DNA of 64,000 nt, taken from NCBI GenBank assembly GCA_963668315.1, contig OY764216.1:1792001-1856000 (forward strand). Reading direction: 5' to 3'. Shown here piece after piece: positions 41,632 through 50,191 of the stretch. Source of the stretch: Spirochaetia bacterium (lineage in GTDB: Bacteria; Spirochaetota; Spirochaetia; DSM-2461). How positions within the stretch are numbered: position 1 is the stretch's first letter; each line of letters starts with the position of its first letter. Below the pieces are notes generated by a model. The model was not told where the DNA came from and did no database searches. It saw nothing but the letters and a program-made list of their open reading frames with translations. Both the position numbers and the translations under genes were made by a program.

Positions 41632-42009
41632 ATGCAACGATTCCGTTCACTCCGCCGCCGGGCGGGAAAGCTCAAGAAAAGGCTGACCCTCCTTTATTAT
41701 GCCTCCGGCCATCCTGATCTGCCCCGGCGTACGAAAATCCTCATCGCCCTGACCGTGGCCTATGCCCTCAGTCCCATCGATCTCATCCCCGATTTCATTC
41801 CCCTCCTGGGGTATCTGGACGACCTCCTCATCCTGCCCGGCCTTATCGCCCTGTGCCTGAAAAGCATCCCTCCCGAGATCTGGCATCAGGCCGCCGCCCG
41901 GGCTGTCCGGGAGCCCCTCCGCCTCAATAAAAACTGGAAGGCCGGAGCCATCATTCTGCTCATCTGGGCCGCCGTCCTTATCAAACTCATCTCCCTCTTT
42001 ATCGGGTAA
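41632..42009 (+). CDS. YkvA/DUF1232 membrane protein
   Basis: YALSPIDLIPDFIP.LGYLDD. Confidence 0.9.
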   Translation: MQRFRSLRRRAGKLKKRLTLLYYASGHPDLPRRTKILIALTVAYALSPIDLIPDFIPLLGYLDDLLILPGLIALCLKSIPPEIWHQAAARAVREPLRLNKNWKAGAIILLIWAAVLIKLISLFIG

Positions 42010-42123
42010 TCCAGGCAATAAAGGACGCCCCCCTCCTGTTACCAAGAGCCCATAAAGGAATTTGGAGGCTCTCCTTTTAGTGTAATTCGTGCGATTTGTG
42101 GTAAAATTTACCCCAAAAGTTTT

Positions 42124-43357
42124 AGCAGTGTTCTCATTGTTTGACATGTTTTTTCTAATGATTCAGGTTTTCTGACAAAAAGAGCTCTCTTTCTATACAA
42201 GTCATTGAAAGAAGGAGGTATTTCATGCCTGACCAGCTATATTGTCCTAATCCTGAATGTATAAATCATAATCACCCTTCGCAACAGGATTCCTGGTTCC
42301 GAAAAAAAGGATTTGTAACAACAAAAAGAGATGGCAAAGTTCAGCGTTATCAATGCAGAAACTGCTTAACCACATTTTCACTCTCTTATTTCTCAATTAA
42401 CTACCATGCCCATAAAAAGTTATCCTATTCTACTCTTTTAAATCATCTTGTCAGTGGTTCGGGGATCAGGGATATGGCACGGTCGATGAATTATTCTCCA
42501 GGTTTGATCACGAACAGAATACAACGACTGTCTAAAAGGATCACCTCTGTTTGCGCAAAGGGAAATTATGAGTTGGAGCTTCGCGAATCTGTCGCTGCCG
42601 ATGGTTTGGAAAATTTCATTCTTTCTCAATATTTTCCGACAAACATTAATATTCTGGTCGGACAGAAATCTCAATTTATCTACACCTTCAACGCCTACCA
42701 TTTCAAACGAAAAGGAGCATGCACCTCGGAGCAGAAAAAACGGAAATCAGAACTTTACGTATCTGCTCAATTTGAAAAGAGAGCCGCTTCCAATAGATTC
42801 AGAGAGATCCTGAAATATCTATCAGAAAAAGCAGAGCTATCTTCCATGAAAAACGTGATTCTGGACACAGACGAACATCCTATTTATGCCTATCAGGTTA
42901 AAAATTACGCATCCCTCTCTTTCAAGATACATCACAGAAGGACGAACTCCCGCAAGGAAAGGAACTATCAAAATAAGTTGTTCCCGTGCAATTATATAGA
43001 TAGGCAGATAAGAAAAGATCTAGCTGAGTTTATTCGGGAGACTGTTCAATTCGGGAGAAATATAAATAACAGTATGGACCGATTTACCTGTTACAGTTTT
43101 TGGCATAATTTTCTTAAGCCATACCGAATTAACAGGAAGAATAGGACTTATGAATACCATAGTCAGGCAGCCGGATTTGACTTGAAGGATATTCAGGATA
43201 TTGTTCAGAATATATTCGGGGGAATCCGAAGAAGAGAGAAAGATTTTATGCCCTATCTATCGGATTACCAGAAAGCTCACTGGAACAGAATTCTGGTAAA
43301 TTCGATGAAAAGAAAAGCAGTATAGATGAGGATATGTCAAAGAATTGGAACATTATC
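42124..43357 (+). mobile_element. IS1-like insertion sequence, about 1.23 kb
   Basis: AT-rich island bounded by imperfect IRs: left AGCAGTGTTCTCATTGTTTGACAT, right (reverse complement) GATAATGTTCCAATTCTTTGACAT. No clear TSD. Confidence 0.65.
42225..43325 (+). CDS. IS1-like transposase (Zn ribbon + HTH + DDE-like core, single ORF)
   Basis: CPNPEC...K.G....QRYQCRNC..TFS Zn ribbon, GSGIRDMAR HTH, and acidic motifs AADGLE, DTDEH and YIDRQIR. Confidence 0.75.
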   Translation: MPDQLYCPNPECINHNHPSQQDSWFRKKGFVTTKRDGKVQRYQCRNCLTTFSLSYFSINYHAHKKLSYSTLLNHLVSGSGIRDMARSMNYSPGLITNRIQRLSKRITSVCAKGNYELELRESVAADGLENFILSQYFPTNINILVGQKSQFIYTFNAYHFKRKGACTSEQKKRKSELYVSAQFEKRAASNRFREILKYLSEKAELSSMKNVILDTDEHPIYAYQVKNYASLSFKIHHRRTNSRKERNYQNKLFPCNYIDRQIRKDLAEFIRETVQFGRNINNSMDRFTCYSFWHNFLKPYRINRKNRTYEYHSQAAGFDLKDIQDIVQNIFGGIRRREKDFMPYLSDYQKAHWNRILVNSMKRKAV

Positions 43358-43408
43358 AAAACGATAAACAAACCACCGAAAATCCCCCGATTCTCCCTCA
43401 AATTCCCC

Positions 43409-43435
43409 TTAAGAAAAAAAATCCCCCGCCGACAA
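43409..43435 (+). promoter_or_regulatory. sigma28-type promoter of flgF-flgG-flgJ
   Basis: TTAA-N15-GCCGACAA, ending 7 nt before the ATG. Confidence 0.65.
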
Positions 43436-43442
43436 TCAAACT

Positions 43443-44291
43443 ATGATCAGAGGATTATATACGGCGGCCAGCGGTATGCAGGCCCAGGAACATCGATTAG
43501 ACGCCCTGTCCAACAATCTGGCCAATGTGGATTTGACCGGTTACAAGAGGGACGTCTCCGTGGAAAAAGCCTTCCCCGAACTGATGATTCGCCGGTTCGA
43601 CCGGGACAGTTCCTACTCCTTTCCCATGGGCAGCGTGAATGTTGCTCCGGTGGTGGGGAAACTGGGCACCGGTGTTGAATATAACGAAACCTTTACCGTG
43701 TTCGAGCAGGGATCTCTCAAGGAAACCTCCAATCCCTTTGATCTGGCCCTGGAAGACGAAGGCTTCTTCGCCGTGGAAACCAACGAGGGCGAGCGCTACA
43801 CCCGCAATGGTTCCTTTGTCCTGGGCAAAGAGGGCTACCTCCTCACAAAAGACGGTTACTTCGTCCAGGGTGAGAATGGCCCCATCCAGCTGAAGAAGAA
43901 CAATTTTACCATAGATAAACTGGGACGAATCTGGCAGAACGCCGATCTGGCCGACGATCCCAACCGCCTGGTGACCATGGAAGAGAATGACTGGGCCAAT
44001 ACGGAGCTGGTGGACACTCTTAAAATCGTCCGGTTCAACCGCCCCCGCCATTTAATGAAGCAGGGCAATTCCATGTGGGCCCCTACGGAAGTTTCCGGCC
44101 AGGCGCAGATCGCCGAAGGCAACGAGAGACCCGGCGTCGTGCAGGGTTTTCTGGAAGCGTCCAATGTGAACTCCGTCCGGGAAATGGTGAATATGATAGA
44201 GGTCAACCGGGCCTACGAAGCCAATCAGAAGGTGATCACCACCCATGACGGGCTTCTTGATAAACTGATTAACAGTGCGGTCCGCTACTAA
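43443..44291 (+). CDS. flgF: Flagellar basal-body rod protein (FlgF/FlhO-like)
   Basis: SNNLAN...GYK, YTRNG.F, LEASNVN and RAYEAN. Confidence 0.85.
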   Translation: MIRGLYTAASGMQAQEHRLDALSNNLANVDLTGYKRDVSVEKAFPELMIRRFDRDSSYSFPMGSVNVAPVVGKLGTGVEYNETFTVFEQGSLKETSNPFDLALEDEGFFAVETNEGERYTRNGSFVLGKEGYLLTKDGYFVQGENGPIQLKKNNFTIDKLGRIWQNADLADDPNRLVTMEENDWANTELVDTLKIVRFNRPRHLMKQGNSMWAPTEVSGQAQIAEGNERPGVVQGFLEASNVNSVREMVNMIEVNRAYEANQKVITTHDGLLDKLINSAVRY

Positions 44292-44317
44292 AGCGGCGTA
44301 AAGGAGAATAGAAGGTT

Positions 44318-45112
44318 ATGATGAGGTCTTTATGGACGGCCGCTTCGGGCATGAACGGTCAGCAGTATAACATCGATACCATTTCCAACAACCTGGCCAA
44401 CGTGAATACCAACGGGTATAAGCAGGTAAGGGCCGAGTTCGAGGATCTTATCTATATGACATCCCGCATCGCCGGTACGCCCGCCACGGAGCAGACCGTT
44501 GTTCCCGAGGGAATTCAGGTCGGTCACGGAACCAGGGTCGCCGCCACCCAGAGGATATTCGAGCAGGGTTCCCTCCAGGCCACCTCCGTACCGTCGGACA
44601 TGGCTATCTCGGGCGAAGGCTTCTTCCGCGTCAAGCTGCTTGACGGCAGCTGGGGTTATACCCGGGACGGTTCCTTCCAGATAGACGCCAACGGCCAGTT
44701 CGTCACCTCCAACGGCTATATGCTCCAGCCCAACCTCATTATGCCCGAGGGATTTCAGCAGGAGAGCATCGCCATCAGCCAGGACGGCCGGGTCACCGTC
44801 AAGGTCAACGGTCAGCAGGATCCCGTTGATGTGGGCCAGGTCAACCTCTACCGCTTTGTCAATCCCGCCGGACTTCAGGCCATCGGTGAGAATATCTTCA
44901 AAATGTCCAACGCTTCGGGCGATCCCATCGGAGGAAGACCCGGTTTCGAGGGTATGGGAAAGATTCAGCATAAGTTCCTGGAAAACTCCAATGTCTCCAT
45001 GGTCAAGGAAATGGTAAATATGATCGTGGCCCAGAGAGCCTATGAACTGAACTCCAAAGCCATTCAGACATCCGATTCCATGCTTCAGACGGCGAATAAC
45101 CTGAAAAGATAG
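44318..45112 (+). CDS. flgG: Flagellar basal-body distal rod protein
   Basis: SLWTAASGM, NNLANVNT.GYK, YTRDGSF, AQRAYELNSK. Confidence 0.93.
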   Translation: MMRSLWTAASGMNGQQYNIDTISNNLANVNTNGYKQVRAEFEDLIYMTSRIAGTPATEQTVVPEGIQVGHGTRVAATQRIFEQGSLQATSVPSDMAISGEGFFRVKLLDGSWGYTRDGSFQIDANGQFVTSNGYMLQPNLIMPEGFQQESIAISQDGRVTVKVNGQQDPVDVGQVNLYRFVNPAGLQAIGENIFKMSNASGDPIGGRPGFEGMGKIQHKFLENSNVSMVKEMVNMIVAQRAYELNSKAIQTSDSMLQTANNLKR

Positions 45113-45131
45113 AAATAAAGGGCTATATTAG

Positions 45132-45479
45132 ATGAATATCACAGCGCAGGCCATGAACGGCTATGACAGTATCAGAACGGCGGGGCAGATAAACTCCCTT
45201 AAGACGGAAACCGCCGGAAGGTTCAGCGAGAAGGAACTGGCCGATATGAAGAAGGCCTGCGATGATTTTGAAGCTATCTTTATAAAGATGATGCTCGATT
45301 CCATGAAGGCCACCGTTCCCGAGCGGTCCCTTGTGAAAAAGAATCAGGGGGAGGAGTATTTTGAAGACATGCTGTACGACGAATATGCCAAATCCATGTC
45401 GCAGACTGACGAATTCGGCCTGTCGGAAGCGATGTACAGACAGATGACCGTTCAGCAGAAAGGCGGGCTGTACTCTTAG
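45132..45479 (+). CDS. flgJ: Rod-binding FlgJ (no muramidase domain)
   Basis: AC.DFEAIFIKMML.SMK and F.DMLY.EYA..MS. Confidence 0.85.
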   Translation: MNITAQAMNGYDSIRTAGQINSLKTETAGRFSEKELADMKKACDDFEAIFIKMMLDSMKATVPERSLVKKNQGEEYFEDMLYDEYAKSMSQTDEFGLSEAMYRQMTVQQKGGLYS

Positions 45480-45660
45480 GAGTGCTCCACTTTTATCACA
45501 ATAATCTTCACAGATCCTTCTCAAAGATACTCTTTTTAATAATATTCCCGTATACAAAAGTATACTTCCTCCACTCCTATAATCCCCCTTAATATACTGT
45601 TAATATCATAAATTCCTTTATAGATTGAAATTATATGTATTTTTAATTTTTTTTCATATT

Positions 45661-45677
45661 TTGGCATACCTCTTGCA
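45661..45677 (+). promoter_or_regulatory. sigma54 (RpoN) -24/-12 promoter
   Basis: TTGGCATACCTCTTGCA with GG-N10-GC; near-perfect match to TGGCAC-N5-TTGCA, 30 nt upstream of the ATG. Confidence 0.85.
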
Positions 45678-45706
45678 TTATAGGTGGACAGGAGAGGTAT
45701 AAAACT

Positions 45707-46543
45707 ATGAAAAAAGAAAAGAAGAACTATAATCCGGAACTTAAAGCTTATATGAATGATGTTATTAAGTACAAACTTCTTACTCCCGAAGAGGAGAAAG
45801 AGTTATCCCATAAAGTTCTTCGGGGCGATGAAATGGCGCGCCAGAGATTGATTAATTCCAATCTCAAGCTGGTCATCAAAATCGCCTTTGCCTATAGAAA
45901 TCAGGGCATGCCGATTATGGATCTGATCCAGGAGGGGAATCTGGGTCTTATTCGTGCGGTAGAGAAGTTCGACGGTTCCAGAGATGTCCGTTTCTGTACC
46001 TACGCATCCTGGTGGATCAAGCAGGCTGTGACACGGGCGCTGGTCAACAAGAAGAGGACGATCCGTCTTCCTCACAGGAAAGAAGAAGCAATCAGAAAGA
46101 TCCAGACCGTGATTGACGAATACCAGAGCGAGTTTATGACGACTCCTTCCATATCGGAAATCGCCGAGGAGACGGGGCTGAACGAAGAAACCGTTGTCGG
46201 CCTTCTGGATATATCCAATCAGACAATTTCTCTTGATTGTGAAATCAACGAGAATAACAGTACCCTTATGGATGTTATCGAAGACAGAAGGAGCATTCCC
46301 GAAGAGGAACTGATTAAAAAGAATATTATTGAGGATACGGAAAAATTCCTTTCCACCCTCAAAGACAGGGAAAAGAGCGTGATTAAATACCGCTATTCAC
46401 TCCACAATGGAGAGAAATACACCCTTAAAGAGGTTTCCCAGGTAATGGGCATCTCTCCCGAAACGGTCAGACAGATCGAAATCAGGGCTATTAACAAGCT
46501 GAGAGAGCAGGCCTCCGATGTCCGGACATACTTTGTCAGCTAA
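45707..46543 (+). CDS. rpoS: Group 2 sigma70 factor, RpoS-like (no region 1.1)
   Basis: Regions 1.2, 2 (DLIQEGNLGL..AVEKFD, TYASWWIKQ), 3 and 4 (TLKEV...ETVRQIE). Confidence 0.75.
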   Translation: MKKEKKNYNPELKAYMNDVIKYKLLTPEEEKELSHKVLRGDEMARQRLINSNLKLVIKIAFAYRNQGMPIMDLIQEGNLGLIRAVEKFDGSRDVRFCTYASWWIKQAVTRALVNKKRTIRLPHRKEEAIRKIQTVIDEYQSEFMTTPSISEIAEETGLNEETVVGLLDISNQTISLDCEINENNSTLMDVIEDRRSIPEEELIKKNIIEDTEKFLSTLKDREKSVIKYRYSLHNGEKYTLKEVSQVMGISPETVRQIEIRAINKLREQASDVRTYFVS

Positions 46544-46564
46544 ATAGATACATTCTCCTCGCTG

Positions 46565-46610
46565 AACACCGGTTGGACCGAACGAAAACGGGTCCGGCCG
46601 GTGTTTTTTT
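46565..46610 (+). terminator. Intrinsic terminator after the sigma factor gene
   Basis: AACACCGGTTGGACC...GGTCCGGCCGGTGTT followed by a T-run. Confidence 0.8.
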
Positions 46611-46672
46611 ATGTCGCCTGACTTGTCTTGACCTTGGTCTCCCCGAATCATAGAATAAGAGCAGGAGACTCC

Positions 46673-47680
46673 ATGATTGTATTAGGTATAGAAACGTCCT
46701 GTGACGAGTGTTCCGTCGCCCTGGTTGAGGACGGACGCAGGATCATCAGCAATGAGATCGCTACCCAGATAGAGCTGCATAAGCCCTGGTACGGGGTGGT
46801 TCCTGAAATCGCCTCCCGGCTCCATGTTCAGTGGATCGACGGGGTCCGGGAGAAGGCACTCGCCTCGGCGGGTATGACCATGGCCGAAATTGACGGTATA
46901 GCCGTAACGGCCCGGCCCGGACTCATGGGGTCTCTTATGGTGGGGCTTTCCTACGGCAAGGGGCTGGCCTGGTCTCTGGATAAACCCATGGTAGGGGTAA
47001 ATCATGTGGAGGCACATCTCTACGCCCCCCATCTGGAGTACGAAATAGAATACCCCTATCTGGGGGTTATCGTATCCGGCGGGCATACCATGATCTGCCG
47101 GGTAGAGAGTTTCGACCGTATGGAAGTCCTGGGTACCACTGTGGACGATGCCTGCGGTGAAGCCTTTGACAAGGTGGCGAAATTTTACGATCTGGGTTAT
47201 CCCGGAGGCGTGGCCATAGACCGTCTGGCCAGAAACGGGGATGACAGGGCTTTCAATTTCCCCATACCCAATCTTCATAAGGGGGGGCATGAGTACGATG
47301 TCTCCTATTCGGGTCTCAAAACCGCCGTCATCAATCAGCTTGAGCAGTTCCGGACGGAGGGAGCCGAGGCCACAGTTGAGAATATTGCCGCATCTTTTCA
47401 GAAAAGGGCGGTGGATATGCTTATGAAGAAGATCGCCCTGGCGGTGAAGAATACCGGGCTTACCCGCATCGTCGCCGGCGGCGGAGTTTCGGCCAACTCC
47501 CGTTTCCGCGAGCAGCTGTCCAGCCTGCCGGGGACCAGGGTTTACTTTCCTTCCCTGCAGCTCTGCGGTGATAACGGGGCCATGATCGCCGGGCTGGGGT
47601 ATCACTATCTTTCACGGGGAGACAGCTCTCCGCTCAGCGAAACGACACGGGCCCGGATAACCGGATACCGGAACATATAA
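46673..47680 (+). CDS. tsaD: tRNA N6-adenosine threonylcarbamoyltransferase
   Basis: LGIETSCDE, GVVPEIASR.H, HVEAH, SGGHT, DDACGEAFDK, DNGAMIA. Confidence 0.95.
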   Translation: MIVLGIETSCDECSVALVEDGRRIISNEIATQIELHKPWYGVVPEIASRLHVQWIDGVREKALASAGMTMAEIDGIAVTARPGLMGSLMVGLSYGKGLAWSLDKPMVGVNHVEAHLYAPHLEYEIEYPYLGVIVSGGHTMICRVESFDRMEVLGTTVDDACGEAFDKVAKFYDLGYPGGVAIDRLARNGDDRAFNFPIPNLHKGGHEYDVSYSGLKTAVINQLEQFRTEGAEATVENIAASFQKRAVDMLMKKIALAVKNTGLTRIVAGGGVSANSRFREQLSSLPGTRVYFPSLQLCGDNGAMIAGLGYHYLSRGDSSPLSETTRARITGYRNI

Positions 47681-47690
47681 GAGGAGTATT

Positions 47691-48341
47691 ATGAAGACTC
47701 AGACCTTAATTGCCCCGTCCATCCTTTCCGCCGATTTCAGCCGGATGGGAGACGCCGTCGGGGAGATAGACAGTTCAGGCGCCGACTGGGTGCATATCGA
47801 TGTGATGGACGGGAATTTTGTTCCCCCCATTACTTTCGGCCATAAAATGGTGGCGGATATCCGCCCCCTGACGAAAAGACCTTTTGACGTGCATCTGATG
47901 GTGGCCGATCCGGACAGCCAGCTTAAGGCTTTTGCCGAGGGGGGGGCCGATTACATCACGGTACACCAGGAAGCGGCCCTCCATCTGGACAGGACATTGA
48001 GCCGGATCAGGGAACTGGGATGCCGCCCGGGAGTCTCCATCGTTCCCTCCACACCCGTCTGCCTGCTTAAGGAGGTCCTCTCGAAGGTGGACCTTGTTCT
48101 TGTCATGACCGTGAACCCCGGTTTCGGCGGACAGAAGATGATCCCCTCCTGCCTGGAGAAGGTTAAGGAGCTCAGAAAAATCAGGGAGGAACGGGGCGAG
48201 GAATGGCTGATCTCCATTGACGGCGGGGTTAATAGCGAGACGGCGGACATAATCCGTGAAGCCTCTCCCGACGTTCTGGTCGCCGGTTCGGCCTTTTTCT
48301 CCGCACCGGACAGGGCGGAATTTGTGAGAAACTTTAAATAG
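47691..48341 (+). CDS. rpe: Ribulose-phosphate 3-epimerase
   Basis: IAPSILSADF, HIDVMDG.FVP, MTVNPGFGGQ, IDGG. Confidence 0.96.
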   Translation: MKTQTLIAPSILSADFSRMGDAVGEIDSSGADWVHIDVMDGNFVPPITFGHKMVADIRPLTKRPFDVHLMVADPDSQLKAFAEGGADYITVHQEAALHLDRTLSRIRELGCRPGVSIVPSTPVCLLKEVLSKVDLVLVMTVNPGFGGQKMIPSCLEKVKELRKIREERGEEWLISIDGGVNSETADIIREASPDVLVAGSAFFSAPDRAEFVRNFK

Positions 48342-48383
48342 AGTACTCCTTATTGTCGATAAAGTTGTTAGAGGTCTCTTGGT

Positions 48384-49178
48384 ATGATGAAAAAAATCCC
48401 CCTAATTCTGCTTCTCCTGGGATGTTCATTCCTCCTTTTCCCCTCCGAGGGAGATGATATTTTCAGGGAAGGACTCACCGCATTCGAGAGGGGGGAGTAC
48501 TTTCTCGCCTACCGGCAGTTTACCCGTCTGGTTGAGGAGGAACCTTTCTATTACTACCGCGCCAATGCGGTTTTCTGGCAGGGAAAATCCCTCTACATGA
48601 TGGGCGATTATGTCCAGGCCGGCTCTCTGCTTGATCAGTATCTCATGAACTGGCCCGACAACAGTTATTATGAGGAGGCCCTCTATCTGGTGGGAAAGAA
48701 TTACTTCTCCCAGGAGAACTATCAGGCGGCTCTGGACGCTTTTATCCGTTTTACCGAAGAGTACGGAGGCAGCGTATGGTATCCCCACTCCCTCTACTGG
48801 ATGGGGGAGTCCCTCTATAATCTGGGGCATATAGACGAGGCCCGGGAGCTATACGGGAGAATAATCCGGGAATTTCCCGAAAGCTCCAAGAGCGAAGCGG
48901 CCCGTTATCGGAGCGCTCTTATCGAGATAAAGGAGAGGGAAGAGGTCCTCCTGGAACTTCTGAAATGGAGTCATGAGGAGTTTCTGAAGAGCGGGCAGGA
49001 CAGCAACAGGGAAAAGGCTGTTTACGAAGAGGCCCTCAAAGCCTATCAGCAGCAGATAACCCAGCTTTCCGACAGGGAAAGGAAAATGGTTCTGCTGAAT
49101 AAGTTACTCTCCCTGAAAGAAAGGGCCCTGGCTCTTAAGGATTTTTACCTGGAACAGAAGGAGGCACTGGCCCCATGA
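48384..49178 (+). CDS. Exported TPR protein with a C-terminal coiled coil (BamD/CpoB-like repeats)
   Basis: Signal peptide and TPR repeats. Confidence 0.75.
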   Translation: MMKKIPLILLLLGCSFLLFPSEGDDIFREGLTAFERGEYFLAYRQFTRLVEEEPFYYYRANAVFWQGKSLYMMGDYVQAGSLLDQYLMNWPDNSYYEEALYLVGKNYFSQENYQAALDAFIRFTEEYGGSVWYPHSLYWMGESLYNLGHIDEARELYGRIIREFPESSKSEAARYRSALIEIKEREEVLLELLKWSHEEFLKSGQDSNREKAVYEEALKAYQQQITQLSDRERKMVLLNKLLSLKERALALKDFYLEQKEALAP

Positions 49179-50191
49179 AGCGCTGTTATCTGATGATTCT
49201 GTTCGTACTTCCTGTTGTTTTGCATGCTCTTACTCTGGAAAAGGGAAATCTGAAAATCGCTGTGGATGATGAGACAGGCGGTTATCTCTGTTATAGCCGT
49301 CTTTCCGATGACTCACCCTGGTATCCCCTTCTGGTGGAATCGTTTACCTCTTCCTATACGCAAATGAGAATTAATGGACAGGACATCATTCCGGGAGACC
49401 GGGAGGATTTCTCCCTGCGTTTTGATAGCTCCGATGAGGGTATCGCCCTGATTTATGAAGGGGACGGTGTCCTTTTTACCGAAAAAGTCGTGATGGAACA
49501 GGATCTGAGGGGAACCGCCTATTTTGACATCTCCCTGACGCTGGAGAACCGGGGCCATGACTCTCTTGAGGGAGGGATCAAAAAGGTGCTCGATACGACC
49601 TTCGTCAGGGGAGATACCCACTTCCTCATACAGGGCAAGTCTGTGGAGGAGGAGACTGTATTCGAGAAAGGACAGATCCCTTCCTCCCTCCTTTCTCCCG
49701 GCACCCAGCCCGGCGAGAGGCTCTATATCAAGACTTCCTTTGAGAAAACTCCCGAACCTGACCGGCTTCTTCTGGTTAACTGGAACAGGCTGGACCGATC
49801 CTCCTGGGATTATCGTCCTTCCCCCGGAACGAACTTTAATGCCCTGCCTTTTTCCATTAATGATTCCGCTCTGGGCGTGATATGGCAGCCCGTTATCATA
49901 AAGAGCGGTGAATCTCTGCAGTTTCATCTGGCCATGGGGCCGAGGGATTTTTCTCTGGAAGAGAAGGAAGCCGATCAGCCGGAACCCGCCGTTGTTCCCG
50001 TTATTCCTTCCGATCCGGCCCTGGCCCGTCTTCATCTGGAGGAACAGCTGGATTATATCGAAATCTTTCTGAGAGATCTGGAGAACCGAATCGACGGGAT
50101 CGATGACGTGAGCAACGAGAATCTGTTATCCCTGGAAGAGCGGCTGGATGTACTTGAGCAGAACAGAAGAGATTATGAGAGATTACGGTAA
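49175..50191 (+). CDS. Exported hypothetical protein
   Basis: Signal peptide, beta-rich body, C-terminal coiled coil; ATGA overlap with the upstream gene. Confidence 0.7.
   Translation: MKRCYLMILFVLPVVLHALTLEKGNLKIAVDDETGGYLCYSRLSDDSPWYPLLVESFTSSYTQMRINGQDIIPGDREDFSLRFDSSDEGIALIYEGDGVLFTEKVVMEQDLRGTAYFDISLTLENRGHDSLEGGIKKVLDTTFVRGDTHFLIQGKSVEEETVFEKGQIPSSLLSPGTQPGERLYIKTSFEKTPEPDRLLLVNWNRLDRSSWDYRPSPGTNFNALPFSINDSALGVIWQPVIIKSGESLQFHLAMGPRDFSLEEKEADQPEPAVVPVIPSDPALARLHLEEQLDYIEIFLRDLENRIDGIDDVSNENLLSLEERLDVLEQNRRDYERLR

Noticed and set aside
42110..43370. Target-site duplication for the IS1-like element
   Set aside because: The flanks (AAAAGTTTT versus AAAACGATA) share only a short A-run.
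48335..48362. sigma28 promoter before the TPR gene (TAAA-N16-GTCGATAA)
   Set aside because: The spacing differs from the two well-matched sites; too weak to call.
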